From positions 160,001-224,000 of the forward strand of contig CBDDDZ010000005.1 in assembly GCA_965226795.1 (NCBI GenBank): DNA of 64,000 nucleotides, read 5' to 3'. Under the pieces are notes generated by a model, which did no database searches, was not told the DNA's origin, and was given only the letters and a program-made list of their open reading frames with translations. Below, piece after piece: positions 9,072 to 20,488 of the stretch. A program made the position numbers and the translations under genes. The stretch's first letter is position 1; every line of letters starts with the position of its first letter. This DNA is from Candidatus Latescibacterota bacterium. Lineage in GTDB: Bacteria; Latescibacterota; UBA2968; GCA-2709665.

Positions 9072-10136
9072 TCAGAAATAGCGGACATCGCGGCCGCCGG
9101 CGGGTAACGGCAGATCGACCGCCCGGTGTTCCGCGGCGGCGCGATTCCACGCCAGACAGAGTTCCAGCACGTTTCGCGCGTGTTCGGGCGTCACGTCCAA
9201 TGAATGGCCGTCGATGACCGCACGGGCAAAGCGGTCTAGGGCTGCGTCGATGGTATCGTTCTGCGCCCGGTAAAAGACACGGGGATCGCCGCCGTCGTCT
9301 TTGTGCCAGATAATGCCTTCCATGGCATCCAGGTGCGCGCGGGCAATTCCGTCGGCGCCCACCACTTCCATCTCCCAGGATGGGGCGCCGCAGCTGACGT
9401 TGAAGATGATGTCCATGGAACCCATACGGCCGTCTTCGAATCGGACGGTGCCCTTACCGGTGTCCATCCAGATGCTGTGCGGCGTGGCCAGGTTGTCGTA
9501 TTCGGCATAGGCGCGGACAGCCGGTGAATCGATGAGCCAGAGCAGCAGGTCCGCGGCGTAGAAGCCCAGTGAAAGCCCGATACCGCCCTGTCCGGGGCCG
9601 AATTCACCGCTGCCGTCGAAGACCATACCGGGACCGAAACAACCGTGTTGAATCCATGCCCTCGCGGTAATGACGCGTCCAACGGCCCCGCCCCGTACCC
9701 GTGTTCCCATCGCGCGGATGGCGCCGTCTTCCCGTCCGGGCAGCAGGGCGGTCAGCTGCACGTTGTTGCGCCTGGCCGCCGCGATCATGGCGTCGGCTCC
9801 CGCCAGGGTCATACACATGGGTTTGCTGATAAAGGCGTGGGCACCCGCATCCATCGCGCTGACTGCCTGCTGCGGTTTCAGGCTGTCCTGGCATGTGACG
9901 AAGACAATGTCGAGTGACTCGGCGTGAACCATCTCGGGCACTGTGGAATACGCCCGGATGCCGTATTGGGCGCCGAACGCCTCTTTGGACTTCATACCGA
10001 GACTGCCGAGCGTTCCGTCGCTCTGATCCAGATGCGCGTAAGCGGTCAGTTCGATATCGGGGTTCCGTTTCGCGGATCGGGCAAACGCGTTCGAGTAGAA
10101 CGATCCGATGCCGCACACGCCCGCTTTTAGTGACAT
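9072..10136 (-). CDS. Gfo/Idh/MocA family oxidoreductase
   Basis: GVCGIG Rossmann start, GAHAFISKPM, typical C-terminal helix. Start moved to MSLKAGV. Confidence 0.85.
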   Translation of the reverse strand: MSLKAGVCGIGSFYSNAFARSAKRNPDIELTAYAHLDQSDGTLGSLGMKSKEAFGAQYGIRAYSTVPEMVHAESLDIVFVTCQDSLKPQQAVSAMDAGAHAFISKPMCMTLAGADAMIAAARRNNVQLTALLPGREDGAIRAMGTRVRGGAVGRVITARAWIQHGCFGPGMVFDGSGEFGPGQGGIGLSLGFYAADLLLWLIDSPAVRAYAEYDNLATPHSIWMDTGKGTVRFEDGRMGSMDIIFNVSCGAPSWEMEVVGADGIARAHLDAMEGIIWHKDDGGDPRVFYRAQNDTIDAALDRFARAVIDGHSLDVTPEHARNVLELCLAWNRAAAEHRAVDLPLPAGGRDVRYF

Positions 10137-10464
10137 GGTTTCGAGTTCCCCGTTAATTGTTGATGAATGGCGCGGATTTCCGGGACCGAGGTTCTGCGAA
10201 TCCGGGCCGGAACGATGCGCCGGTGCCGGGATTCGCGAATGGGTATTCATGCCAAAATCAGGGGCATTGTCAAGCGCAATCGTTCGCGGATGCGGTTTGG
10301 CGCCTGCGCCCGTTGTCCCGTGCGGGCAGGCCCGGGTGCGGTCTTTGTCGCCGAGCGAAGCGACGCATGTCGAACGGACTTCATGCCTTGCGCCCGCATG
10401 GTTTTCGCCGGTGTGACGGGAATTGACGGGCAATTGTGAGATACGAAGGTGAACGGGAGGCTGA

Positions 10465-11907
10465 ATGAACGATGGTGAAACCGGTATTCGGTTGGAGGTG
10501 GCGGATGAGGCGAGGTCGCTGACTGACCATTCGTCAGCCTTTCGGGATATGGACAAAAGCCTGTGCGAAATTCAGAAACAGTTTTCGAGGGAGGGGCCGC
10601 TCCCGACGGATATCCTGTCGCGTTACGGACGCGCATGGACGCGGAGCCATCTGCAGGATGGGGATCTCAGGACGGTGATCGGCGTCGCGAACCGCGCGCG
10701 GAAGGACTTCACCGCGCTGGTCACGGTCGGCATCGGGGGGTCCGACATGAGCGCACGGGTCTTTCACGACGTGCTCAACCCTGCCTATTACGATCTCCTG
10801 TCCGCGGATGAACGCGGAGGGGCGCCGGAAGTCTACTTCACGGGGGATACGTTCGATCCCCGACGGCTGCGGGCACTGCTGGATATGCTGACCCGGCGGG
10901 GGTTAATGGACCGGACCCTGTTCAACGTGATCAGCAAATCCGGGCGCACTGGCGAGACCATCAGTGCGTTGATGGTCGTACGGGACTGGTTGTCGCGGTA
11001 CACGCCTCTCAGCACGAAAGACTGGCGTAGCTACATTGTAGCTACAACCGGACCGGACGCCCGAAGCGCGCTCTATGAATTGCACAGGCAGAGGGCCTTC
11101 TACGGCGATGCGCTGTTGCCCGTGCCGGAGGGTGTGGGAGGCAGGTTTTCGGCGTTTTCACCCGTGGGGATGTTTTTTCTGGCGATGACAGCCGGCACGG
11201 GGACGTCCCCCGGAACGCGCGTACGAGAAATGCTGGATGGGGCGCGCAGGGCGGACGCGCGCTGGGCCATGGCCTGGCAGGATGAGCGAAATATCGCCTA
11301 TCGCCTCGCCCGGTGGCTGCATGTGCAGGAGCGGTGCGGCGGGAAACGGGCACTGGTATTTTACAACTACGCGGACAATCGGCGCCTCGGAGACTGGTTC
11401 CAGCAGCTTTACGACGAGTCGCTGCAGGAACGCGGAGACGGCCTCCACGTCGTTCCGGCAATCGGACCCGCGGGCAACCATTCCGTTCTGAACGGGATTG
11501 TCGGCGGTCGTTCGGACCGGGCCGTTCTGTTCGTGCATTGGGAGGACCTTGGGCGCGATCTGCGAATTCCGGAAGGAACAGAGATAGGAGGCGAGGTTGA
11601 CGCGTTCGGGGGGCTCCGGATGAGCCAGGCGCAGTCGGCGTCGTACCTCGGCACGGCACGGGACTTTTCCGTACGCGGGATTCCGAACGCGACGCTTCAC
11701 GTGGCCCGGCGGGACGAGAGACGCCTGGGCGCGTTGATGCGCGTGCTGATGGATGCGGTTGCGGTGAAGGGACGGCTGCAAGGCCTGCACGTCAACGATG
11801 AAGGAGAGGTCGATCCCGCCGGCGATCTCACGTATTCGCAGGAAGGCGTCGACGGATACAAGCTGCGAACGCGCGAACGGGCGCTTCAGATTAAATCCCG
11901 ACGTTGA
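10465..11907 (+). CDS. pgi: Glucose-6-phosphate isomerase family protein (divergent)
   Basis: GIGGS, ISKSGRTGET, VGGRFS, QLYDES, NHS, QEGVDGYK. Confidence 0.75.
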   Translation: MNDGETGIRLEVADEARSLTDHSSAFRDMDKSLCEIQKQFSREGPLPTDILSRYGRAWTRSHLQDGDLRTVIGVANRARKDFTALVTVGIGGSDMSARVFHDVLNPAYYDLLSADERGGAPEVYFTGDTFDPRRLRALLDMLTRRGLMDRTLFNVISKSGRTGETISALMVVRDWLSRYTPLSTKDWRSYIVATTGPDARSALYELHRQRAFYGDALLPVPEGVGGRFSAFSPVGMFFLAMTAGTGTSPGTRVREMLDGARRADARWAMAWQDERNIAYRLARWLHVQERCGGKRALVFYNYADNRRLGDWFQQLYDESLQERGDGLHVVPAIGPAGNHSVLNGIVGGRSDRAVLFVHWEDLGRDLRIPEGTEIGGEVDAFGGLRMSQAQSASYLGTARDFSVRGIPNATLHVARRDERRLGALMRVLMDAVAVKGRLQGLHVNDEGEVDPAGDLTYSQEGVDGYKLRTRERALQIKSRR

Positions 11908-12035
11908 CCCGGCGGCGCAGAACGCGGCGGGCTTAACGGACAGCCCGGGCCGGGCTTCCGGTTGTGCCGCCTTTTCGTTGTGAGTATCTTGACGGCTGAC
12001 TCGGTTTTTTAAATAGAGAGAAAAGGAGCGGAACG

Positions 12036-14207
12036 ATGGCGGTTGAGATTGGCAGCTTAAGGGTCGACGAGATCATGTACAATCTGGTCAGAGATAAGAT
12101 CGCCGCGGGTACGGACGTGGATCCCGATGCGTTCTGGACAGCGCTGGGAGAGATCGTCCGGGATCTGGGTCCCGGGAATCGGGAATTGCTGGAAAAGCGG
12201 GACGTTATGCAGGAGAAGATGGACCGGTGGTACCGGGCGCGGAAGGGCCGGTCCATAGACCGGGAAGAGTACCGTGCGTTCCTGACGGAAATCGGGTACC
12301 TGGTGCCTGAAGGTGACCACTTTGAAGTGACCACGGCCCACGTGGATCCGGAAATCGCGGCGGTGGCCGGGCCCCAACTGGTGGTTCCGGTGGACAATGC
12401 ACGGTACGCGCTGAACGCGGCGAACGCGCGTTGGGGTAGCCTGTACGACGCCCTTTACGGTACGGACGTCATACCCGAGGAACCTGGCGCCGAGAAGAGT
12501 AAAGCCTACAATCCGGCACGGGGGGCGAGGGTAGTTGCCGTGGCCGAGGCGTTTCTTGACGACGTGGCGGGTCTGGCATCCGGCCGATATTCGGAGGTGA
12601 CGGGCTTCGCCCTGGAGGACGTGGACGGGATCCAGCGACTCGTTTCGACGTTGCAGGATGGCCGGGCGGTTGGCCTGGCGAATCCCGGGCAGTTCCGCGG
12701 ATATCGCGTGGACGACGGCGAACTCACGGCTGTGTTGCTGGAGAACAACGGTCTTCATATCGAGATCCGGATCGACTGGAACCATCCGGTGGGCGCCGCG
12801 CACCCGGCGGGCGTCAGAGACGTGCTGCTGGAAGCAGCGGTGACAACCATCCAGGATTGCGAGGATTCGGTGTCGGCCGTGGACGCGGAGGATAAGGCGA
12901 GTGTATACGGAAATTGGAACGGCATCATGCAGGGCACGCTGGAGACGACCTTTGAGAAGGGCGGGGAGGAGGTGACGCGGCGGCTGAATCCGGACCGTGA
13001 GTTTACGGCGCCGGACGGAGGGGCCCTGAACCTGCCGGGACGCAGCCTCCTGTTGGTGCGAAACGTGGGTATCCACATGTACACGGATTGTGTGACCACC
13101 AGCGACGGGGGAGAGATACCCGAGGGGTTTCTGGACGCGATGGTTACCGCGCTCGCGGCCAAACATGATCTGAAGCGACCGGGCAGATTCGTCAACAGCC
13201 GCACGGGCAGCATCTACATAGTGAAACCCAAACTGCACGGGCCCGAGGAGGTCGCTGCGACGATCGACCTGTTCGAGCGCGTGGAGGCGGCCCTCGGACT
13301 GGAGCGAAATACCATCAAGATCGGCATAATGGATGAAGAACGAAGGACCACGGTGAATCTGAAAGCGGCGATCCGTGAGGCGCGGGATCGGGTGGTGTTC
13401 ATCAATACCGGCTTCCTGGACAGGACAGGCGATGAGATCCATACGAGCATGGAAGCCGGCCCAATGCATCCGAAGATGGACATCAGGGCTCAGCCCTGGC
13501 TTGCGGCGTACGAGGACTGGAACGTGGACGTGGGGTTGGAAACCGGTTTCAGCGGCCGGGGGCAGATCGGGAAAGGGATGTGGACGATGCCGGACGAAAT
13601 GCGGGAGATGGTGGAGACCAAGATTGGTCATCCCCTGTCGGGGGCGAGCACGGCGTGGGTGCCGTCTCCCACCGCGGCGGTTCTGCACGCCATGCACTAT
13701 CATCGGGTGGACGTAGCGGCCAGGCAGGCCGAACTCGCCCGGCGGGAGCGAGCGAGTCTGGACGAGATACTGACGCCGCCGCTGCTGGACCGGGAGTTGT
13801 CGGCGGACGAGATACAGAGTGAACTGGACAACAATGCCCAGGGGATTCTGGGCTACGTGGTGCGATGGGTGGACCAGGGCGTGGGCTGCTCGAAGGTGCT
13901 TGGCATCAACGACGTGGGACTGATGGAAGACCGGGCGACGTTACGCATTTCCAGCCAGCATATCGCCAACTGGCTGCATCACGGGATCGTGAGCGAAGCG
14001 CAGGTTCGGGCGGCGTTCGAGAAGATGGCAGGTATGGTTGACGAGCAGAACAGTGAGGTTCCGGACTATCGGAACATGGCGCCCGACTTCGAACAAAGCG
14101 TCGCGTTTCAGGCCGCACTTGACCTGGTTTTCGAGGGTACTGCGGAGCCGAACGGCTATACCGAACGCGTGCTGCACAAGCGCCGCAGGGAGGTAAAAAA
14201 ACAGTAA
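12036..14207 (+). CDS. glcB: Malate synthase G
   Basis: [77 protein letters not shown]. Confidence 0.97.
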   Translation: MAVEIGSLRVDEIMYNLVRDKIAAGTDVDPDAFWTALGEIVRDLGPGNRELLEKRDVMQEKMDRWYRARKGRSIDREEYRAFLTEIGYLVPEGDHFEVTTAHVDPEIAAVAGPQLVVPVDNARYALNAANARWGSLYDALYGTDVIPEEPGAEKSKAYNPARGARVVAVAEAFLDDVAGLASGRYSEVTGFALEDVDGIQRLVSTLQDGRAVGLANPGQFRGYRVDDGELTAVLLENNGLHIEIRIDWNHPVGAAHPAGVRDVLLEAAVTTIQDCEDSVSAVDAEDKASVYGNWNGIMQGTLETTFEKGGEEVTRRLNPDREFTAPDGGALNLPGRSLLLVRNVGIHMYTDCVTTSDGGEIPEGFLDAMVTALAAKHDLKRPGRFVNSRTGSIYIVKPKLHGPEEVAATIDLFERVEAALGLERNTIKIGIMDEERRTTVNLKAAIREARDRVVFINTGFLDRTGDEIHTSMEAGPMHPKMDIRAQPWLAAYEDWNVDVGLETGFSGRGQIGKGMWTMPDEMREMVETKIGHPLSGASTAWVPSPTAAVLHAMHYHRVDVAARQAELARRERASLDEILTPPLLDRELSADEIQSELDNNAQGILGYVVRWVDQGVGCSKVLGINDVGLMEDRATLRISSQHIANWLHHGIVSEAQVRAAFEKMAGMVDEQNSEVPDYRNMAPDFEQSVAFQAALDLVFEGTAEPNGYTERVLHKRRREVKKQ

Positions 14208-14213
14208 GAGGAA

Positions 14214-14320
14214 AGACGGGAGAAGTAAGAGGTCCACCCCGCCACACACAGCAGACTGCAGTCGGCCAAGAGCGGTCATCGACAACAGCTATAAGCGGTC
14301 GGCTATCGGCGATCAGCTAA
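14214..14320. repeat. 31-bp dispersed motif (also at 39457-39487) followed by heptamer repeats
   Basis: AGACGGGAGAAGTAAGAGGTCCACCCCGCCAC vs AGACGTAAGAGGTAAGAGGACCGCCCCCCAC; then cagctat|aagcggt|cggctat|cggcgat|cagctaa. Confidence 0.5.
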
Positions 14321-14369
14321 GACCGGTTCGCGTTGCGGTTTGGGGATAGGATTTGCCGCTGCCGGCGCC

Positions 14370-14730
14370 AATATGCGGGCAACTATGAAAGTTTCCGCTA
14401 CAAATGCAACGGCGGCGCCACGTGGGCGGTTCGCCCGCTCCTGCGTCTAATCCATCGTGCAGCCGGTGGCGGAGATGGGGGCTTTTCCGCGCAATTCCGT
14501 CCACGCACGTCGCCTGGGAAGTGCTGGAGACTTCGCAGGGCACAACCGCTGGTGCCTATGGCAGGAGTAGTTCGTGGAAAAGCAGCCCCGCGGCGTCTGA
14601 GCGGCCTGCCTGCGCCGAGCCGTGCTCGGCAGGCAGGCGCCGTTCTTTTTGGCCCTTTTTCTTTGGCGAGAAAGAAAAAGGGCGTAAAAAAAAACAATAA
14701 GATGGAAGGAAAATGACCTCATGGGCCCGG
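14370..14730 (-). repeat. Structured repeat family A, copy 2 (inverted, with palindrome insert)
   Basis: Reverse complement aligns with copy 1 over ~300 nt (TTTTCCACGAA, CGGTTGTnCCCTGCG, ACGGAATnGCGnGGAAAA blocks). Confidence 0.8.
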
Positions 14731-14880
14731 ACCGGGACCGATCAATCTCATTGTTCCCTTGTTCCGTTGCCCGCAGCTTGATGTTAGTGCATTGACTTTT
14801 CCTCAACTAATATTAACTTTGGAACGGGTCGTTTTAACACAGTGTCGCAGTGCGACAATCGAAAATGAGGAGGGCATGAC

Positions 14881-17067
14881 ATGCAAGCCCCAGGCGAGTT
14901 GAAATCCGTCGGGCAAAGGGTGGCCAGGCTGAACGGGCCGGATATCGTGACAGGACGGATTCAGTATGCCGACGATATCCAGCTTCCTGGCATGTTATAC
15001 GGCCGCATCCTGCGCAGCCCGCACGGTCACGCGCACATTCGGAAGATCGATACCTCACGAGCCAAAAAGCTGCCCGGGGTCGTGGACGTGGTGTGCGGCC
15101 GGGACGTACCGGACCTGTCGATTTTCGAATCCGAGGAGGTTTGCTACCAGGGTCAGAAGGTGGCGGCCGTAGCGGCTGTGGATCCGGATATCGCAGAGGA
15201 CGCCCTTGCGTTGATCGACGTGGACTACGAGGTATTGCCCGCCGTTGTGGATCCCGTGGACGCCATGGATCCTGACGCTCCGGAGGCCGTTCTGGGGGCG
15301 CCCACAAAGGATGTGAGGGGTTCGGACGGGCGCAGATTGCGGAATGTGACGGCCTGCAATGTATTGGAGGAGGGCGACGTCGAGAAAGGTTTCGCGGACG
15401 CGGACGCGATTGTCGAGGCGGAATATCAGGTTCCCTTTTTCAATCAGACCTACATGGAGCCGAATGCGGCCACGGCGCGCGTGGAGGCGGACGGAAGGCT
15501 GACTGTCTGGGCGGCGGGGCAGGGCAGTTTCACCAAAAGGGAGGGGCTCGCGGAGGCGCTGAACATACCCGAGGGGCGTGTGCGCGTGATAATGACCGAA
15601 ACCGGCGGCAGTTTCGGCGGGAAGAATCGGTTGAACATCGAAGCCCACACGGCATTGCTGGCCATGCGCACGGGCCGCCCGGTAAAGGTGACGATCAACC
15701 GCGGGGAGGATTTTCGCGACAGCCGCCCGGGGCCGGGGTGCTGGGTGCGGTTGAAGACGGGTGCACGAAAAGACGGGACCCTGACGGCCGTTGAAGGGCG
15801 AATCGTGTGGGACGGCGGTTTTCTGGGCAGCGGCGGGGCGGCGAACCGGTTGGTGGGACCCTACAAGATTCCGAATATCAGGCTGGAAGGCATGGCCGTT
15901 CGCACAAACAAACCGGGGCCGGGTGCGTACCGGGCCCCCGGAGGGCCACAGACGGCGCTTGCCAGGGAGTCCAACCTGGATATGCTGGCCCACAAGCTGG
16001 GAATCGACCCGGTGGAGATCCGTTTGAAAAACGGGTTGGGCAAGGGCGATCAGCCGCTGATACAACACGACTGGCTGAAAGACACCATCCGAAAGGCCGC
16101 CGAGGCCGCGGGATGGGGCCGCCGCGAGCTTAAACCCAACCAGGGTATGGGAATCGCGGTTGGGGATTGGCACAACGCGTCCGGTCCGACCAACGCGTTC
16201 GTGACAATGTCCGCGGACGGATCGGTGGCCGTGGTGACCGGCCAGGTGGACATTACGGGGTTGCATACGGTGATGGCGCAGGTCGTGGCCGAGGAACTGG
16301 GTGTACCGGTCGAGAAGGTGACGGTTCGGCTCGGGGATACGGACACGGTGCCCTACGCGTCGTTGAGCGCGGGTAGCAAGGCGGCTTATTCGGCTGGAAC
16401 GGCCGCGCGCGAGGCGGCCCGCGAGGCAAGGGAGCAGTTGTTGCGTATGGCCGCGGAAAAATTGGAAGCCGCAGTGGACGACCTGGTCATCGAGGATGAA
16501 CGGGTGCAGATCGTCGGTTCGCCGGACCGTTCCATCGGCCTCGGCGAGTTGGCGGGCGTGGCGATCGAGTCCAGTGGCGCCGTAAACGGTCGGTGTGTGC
16601 TGAGCAGCGTACCCACCTACCCCTCGTATTCGGTAAACGTCGCTACGGTGGAAGTCGATCGGGGTACGGGGAAGGTGCGGCTGATCGATCTGGTGGCCGC
16701 ACAGGATGTGGGCCGTGCGCTCAACCCCATGCTGGTGGAGGGCCAGATGCAGGGCGGCGCCATCCAGTCGATCGGTTTCGGCCTGATGGAGGGCTACCGG
16801 TACGACGAGAAGGGCCGGATGCTGAATCCCAACCTGCTGGACTACGCAATCCCGACGGCGCTGGACGTACCCAATATCAAGACCGTTATGGTCGAGGATC
16901 CCTGCGAGCACGGGCCCTACGGGGGCAAGGGCGTGGGAGAGCCGCCCATCATTCCCGGGGGCGCGGCGGTCGCCAACGCAATCTACGACGCGGTGGGCGC
17001 CAGGGTAAGGAAACTGCCAATGACACCGGAGCGGGTGGCGGAGGCATTACCGAAAGCCGACAATTGA
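14881..17067 (+). CDS. Xanthine dehydrogenase family molybdopterin-binding (large) subunit
   Basis: LPGMLYGRILRSPHGHA, YMEP, GGSFGGK, AYRAPG, EGQMQGG, KGVGEP. Confidence 0.92.
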   Translation: MQAPGELKSVGQRVARLNGPDIVTGRIQYADDIQLPGMLYGRILRSPHGHAHIRKIDTSRAKKLPGVVDVVCGRDVPDLSIFESEEVCYQGQKVAAVAAVDPDIAEDALALIDVDYEVLPAVVDPVDAMDPDAPEAVLGAPTKDVRGSDGRRLRNVTACNVLEEGDVEKGFADADAIVEAEYQVPFFNQTYMEPNAATARVEADGRLTVWAAGQGSFTKREGLAEALNIPEGRVRVIMTETGGSFGGKNRLNIEAHTALLAMRTGRPVKVTINRGEDFRDSRPGPGCWVRLKTGARKDGTLTAVEGRIVWDGGFLGSGGAANRLVGPYKIPNIRLEGMAVRTNKPGPGAYRAPGGPQTALARESNLDMLAHKLGIDPVEIRLKNGLGKGDQPLIQHDWLKDTIRKAAEAAGWGRRELKPNQGMGIAVGDWHNASGPTNAFVTMSADGSVAVVTGQVDITGLHTVMAQVVAEELGVPVEKVTVRLGDTDTVPYASLSAGSKAAYSAGTAAREAAREAREQLLRMAAEKLEAAVDDLVIEDERVQIVGSPDRSIGLGELAGVAIESSGAVNGRCVLSSVPTYPSYSVNVATVEVDRGTGKVRLIDLVAAQDVGRALNPMLVEGQMQGGAIQSIGFGLMEGYRYDEKGRMLNPNLLDYAIPTALDVPNIKTVMVEDPCEHGPYGGKGVGEPPIIPGGAAVANAIYDAVGARVRKLPMTPERVAEALPKADN

Positions 17068-17088
17068 CGGGAAAAGGAGGTAGAGGCT

Positions 17089-17985
17089 GTGAATCGATTC
17101 GAATATTTCGCGCCTGGAACCGTTCGGGAGGCGGCGGAGGTGCTGCAGGCCCATCCTCGGGCTAAGATGCTGGCTGGAGGCACCGACCTGCTTGTCCAGA
17201 TGAAAGAGCGGGCTCGAACCCCAGACACACTGGTGGATATCCGTCGGATTCCCGGTGCGAATGAACTGCGCTTCGACAGCAAAACCGGACTCACGATCGG
17301 GGCGGCCGTGACCATGCGCCAGGTGGAACTCATGCCGGCTGCGCAAATGCATTACGCGGGTCTCGCCGGGGGGGCTCGTGTGGTGGGTTCCTTCCAGATC
17401 CGAAACCTCGCTACAATCGTGGGCAACGTCTGCAATGCTGCGCCATCCGCGGATACCGCGCCGGGATTGATCGTCCACGGCGCCAGGGTAAAGATCGCTG
17501 GTCCGAACGGACAGCGGTCAATGCTGGTGGAGAATTTTATGACCGGCCCCGGTCGGACCACGCTCAAACCCGGCGAGTTCGTCATCGCCATTCAAGCGCC
17601 CGTGCCGTCCCCCCGAACCGGGTCGGCCTATGTCAGGCATACGCCCAGAGGTGCGATGGATATCGCGATGGTGGGTGTCGGCGCGGCGGTTACGCTGGCG
17701 CCGCGCACTCGCGTTTGCCAGGATGCGCACATCGTAATGGGCGCCGTGGCGCCCACGCCCCTGCGGGCAAGGGCCGCCGAGCGAATGCTGAAAGGACAAA
17801 GTCTGACCGACGGGTTGATCGCGGAGGCGGCGGAAATGGCGGCAGAAGAAGCCCGACCGATCAGCGACGTTCGAGGCTCGGCGGCATTCAGACGCGACAT
17901 GGTGCGGGTATTGACAGGGCGGATGGTGGCGGCGGCATTTGAGAATGCGCAGCACCGGTCGGGATCGAAAAGGAGGGCGGCATGA
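17089..17985 (+). CDS. Molybdenum hydroxylase FAD-binding (medium) subunit
   Basis: LAGGTDL, QIRNLATIVGNVCNAAPSAD, PISDVRGSAAFR. Confidence 0.92.
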   Translation: MNRFEYFAPGTVREAAEVLQAHPRAKMLAGGTDLLVQMKERARTPDTLVDIRRIPGANELRFDSKTGLTIGAAVTMRQVELMPAAQMHYAGLAGGARVVGSFQIRNLATIVGNVCNAAPSADTAPGLIVHGARVKIAGPNGQRSMLVENFMTGPGRTTLKPGEFVIAIQAPVPSPRTGSAYVRHTPRGAMDIAMVGVGAAVTLAPRTRVCQDAHIVMGAVAPTPLRARAAERMLKGQSLTDGLIAEAAEMAAEEARPISDVRGSAAFRRDMVRVLTGRMVAAAFENAQHRSGSKRRAA

Positions 17986-18479
17986 ACCATGAGATCAAAT
18001 TGAACGTCAACGGCACGGTTTATCCCACGTCCCTGGAGCCGCGCAAGACGCTGCTGGCCGTGTTAAGGGATCGCCTCGGGTTGACCGGCACTAAAGAGGG
18101 ATGTTCGACAGGTGACTGCGGCGCCTGTACGGTACTGCTCGACGGTGAGCCCGTAACGTCCTGCCTTGTGCTGGCGGTTACCGCCGGCGGCCGGGAAATT
18201 ACAACGGTGGAAGGCATCGCGGACGTTGACGCTCTGCATCCGGTTCAGGAGGCGATGGTGAGTTTGGGAGGGCTGCAGTGTGGTTTTTGCACGCCAGGGT
18301 TCATTGTCTCGTCCTATGGGCTTCTGAAGAAGACCGCGGCGCCGTCTGAGGAGGAGATCCGGCGGGCGCTGGCCGGCAATCTCTGCCGGTGCACGGGGTA
18401 TACGAAAATCGTGGAGGCCGTGCAGGAGGCCGCGAAGCGAATGGCTGGAAAGAAGGGCCGGAAACGGGCTGCCGCATAA
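17982..18479 (+). CDS. Molybdenum hydroxylase 2Fe-2S (small) subunit
   Basis: GTKEGCSTGDCGACTV, QCGFCTPG, GNLCRCTGY; ATGA overlap with the preceding gene. Confidence 0.95.
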   Translation: MNHEIKLNVNGTVYPTSLEPRKTLLAVLRDRLGLTGTKEGCSTGDCGACTVLLDGEPVTSCLVLAVTAGGREITTVEGIADVDALHPVQEAMVSLGGLQCGFCTPGFIVSSYGLLKKTAAPSEEEIRRALAGNLCRCTGYTKIVEAVQEAAKRMAGKKGRKRAAA

Positions 18480-18663
18480 GTGGACGGATTGTCCCAGATG
18501 AGTTCAGTATCGCCGAGCACGCCGTGTCGAATGACGCGGCGTCGTTCGATATCGGGGGGAACTGAGAGCGAAACGTCGCGGGGATAACAACCGGTTCCCG
18601 GTTTGTTGAAGATTCCGGAACGGATATCGCAGGCTGAATCGGAACAGGAGAGCCGAAGGGTCT

Positions 18664-19683
18664 ATGGCGAGGTTTAAGGCGGGCATCATCGGATGTGGAG
18701 GCCGTGGGCGTGCACATGCGCAGGGGTATGCCGCATCGTCTGAAGTCAAAATTGTGGCGTGCGCGGATCCCGTTGAGGGGGCCAGGCAGAACATGGCCGA
18801 CCAGTTCGACGTTTCGCGGACCTACGAGGACTATCGGGAAATGCTGGCGAGCGAGGATCTCGAATTCGTCAGCGTCTGTACCTGGATCGGAATGCATCGG
18901 GAAATGGTCGTGGCGGCAGCCGAAAGCGGCGCGCGCGCCGTCCACGCGGAGAAACCAATGGCCCCCACGTGGGGCGATGCGAAAGCGATGTGCCAGGCAT
19001 GCGTCGACCGTGACGTCACCATTACGTTCTGCCACCAGCGGCGTTTCGAGGCGCCTTTCACGAAGGCGAAATTCCTGGCGCACGAAGGTGCGATCGGGCA
19101 GCTGATGCGGGTGGAGGGCGCGTGTCCCAATCTGCTTGACTGGGGCACGCACTGGTTTGACATGTTTTTCTTTTACAATAACGACGAACCCGCGGAGTGG
19201 GTGCTCGGGCAGATCGACGCGTCGGAAAAACGGGAGATATTCGGCGTGGAAGTGGAGGCAGGCGGGGTGTCCTGGATTCGCTGGCGGAACGGATTGGAGG
19301 GGTTGCTGACAACCGGTGACGCCGAACTGCACGGCGTGTCGAACCGGCTGATCGGGACGGAGGGAATTATCGAAGTGGGGGGCGGGCGCGACAGGCCCCC
19401 TATCCGGATCATGCGCTCCGGCTCGGGCTGGGAGGTACCGGACCTGCCGGGGCCCCAGGTGAATCCAACCGTGCTCTCGGTGCTGGATCTCGTAGATTGC
19501 GTCAAGACGGGGTGCGAACCGGTGTTGAGCGGCCGGAAAGCATTGCAGGCGACGGAATTGATATTCGCAACCTATGAATCCAGCCGCCGCCGGGGTAGGG
19601 TGGATCTGCCCCTGGACGTGGACGATTCGGCGCTGTTGACAATGCTGAAAGACGGGATGATCGGGACGGAGAGACTTGAGTGA
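18664..19683 (+). CDS. Gfo/Idh/MocA family oxidoreductase
   Basis: GIIGCGGRG, EKPMA, HQRRF, DWGTHWFD. Confidence 0.92.
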   Translation: MARFKAGIIGCGGRGRAHAQGYAASSEVKIVACADPVEGARQNMADQFDVSRTYEDYREMLASEDLEFVSVCTWIGMHREMVVAAAESGARAVHAEKPMAPTWGDAKAMCQACVDRDVTITFCHQRRFEAPFTKAKFLAHEGAIGQLMRVEGACPNLLDWGTHWFDMFFFYNNDEPAEWVLGQIDASEKREIFGVEVEAGGVSWIRWRNGLEGLLTTGDAELHGVSNRLIGTEGIIEVGGGRDRPPIRIMRSGSGWEVPDLPGPQVNPTVLSVLDLVDCVKTGCEPVLSGRKALQATELIFATYESSRRRGRVDLPLDVDDSALLTMLKDGMIGTERLE

Positions 19684-19780
19684 GGTTACGGGAAGCGGGC
19701 CCTTGGCCAGGAGCCGACCAGACAAGAATATCCGGAAACTTCGAGTGGCGGGATAAACCCGGGTCGACAAGGAGGATCCT

Positions 19781-20416
19781 TTGAGTTTTGAGGTGTATGA
19801 TTATCGGACGGATGTGGGCAACATGCTCGTCACGCCCCAGATCCGATCGCGTTTCGTGCGGATGGAACCGGGCGAAGCCGCGGCGTTGCACAGCCACGAC
19901 CTGGGCCATGAGATTTTTCTCGTGTTGGCCGGGCGGGCTGAGTTCAGGATCGACGGCGGAACTCGAGAGGTGGGCCCCGGGCAGTTGTGCGTGGCCCTGG
20001 CGGATGAGATCCACTCGGTGCGGACCGTGGGGGATGAGCCGATGACAATGTACCTTTCCGTCACCCCGCACATCCAGCCCACGCATACCGGGAGGACGGC
20101 CGACGGCGAGCGGATGCCCACCCGCTTTGCGCCTTCACAATCGTACGACGTGGAGCCGGACGACAAGCCTTCGATGGGGGAGGTGGTCGATCTCAATCTG
20201 GAGGCGGCTCGCGCCCTGGCGCAAGATGCAGAGGCCCTTGTGCGGGTGCAGGAGGACGCGGCGGATCGCCTTAAGGGAGACACCAGGAAGGATGCCGCCG
20301 TCGAGGCGAGGGAGGCGGTGTGGCGGTCCCTATACAAGGTGTTCAGACAGGCGTACGATCTTGCGGACGGATGGAACGCTCTGGCGGATCGTATCGAACG
20401 GTTGCCGGACGCTTAG
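19781..20416 (+). CDS. Cupin domain protein with helical C-terminus
   Basis: HSHDLGHEIF...ADEIHS metal-binding cupin motifs; AGGAGG RBS, TTG start. Confidence 0.85.
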   Translation: MSFEVYDYRTDVGNMLVTPQIRSRFVRMEPGEAAALHSHDLGHEIFLVLAGRAEFRIDGGTREVGPGQLCVALADEIHSVRTVGDEPMTMYLSVTPHIQPTHTGRTADGERMPTRFAPSQSYDVEPDDKPSMGEVVDLNLEAARALAQDAEALVRVQEDAADRLKGDTRKDAAVEAREAVWRSLYKVFRQAYDLADGWNALADRIERLPDA

Positions 20417-20488
20417 GAACCGGTGGGTTGGATTCGCCTTGATCTTTTTCGGGCTCCCGATCCGGAACACAAAGGCAGGGGAAATTCG

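Noticed and set aside
12057..16911. Long antisense ORFs (e.g. 12057-13703, 15055-16911, also 31603-33309 and 40520-41992)
   Set aside because: Shadow frames of well-supported genes in GC-rich DNA, with no motifs.
14881..18479. Aerobic CO dehydrogenase (coxLMS)
   Set aside because: The active-site loop AYRAPG lacks the CODH motifs, and no cox accessory genes are present.
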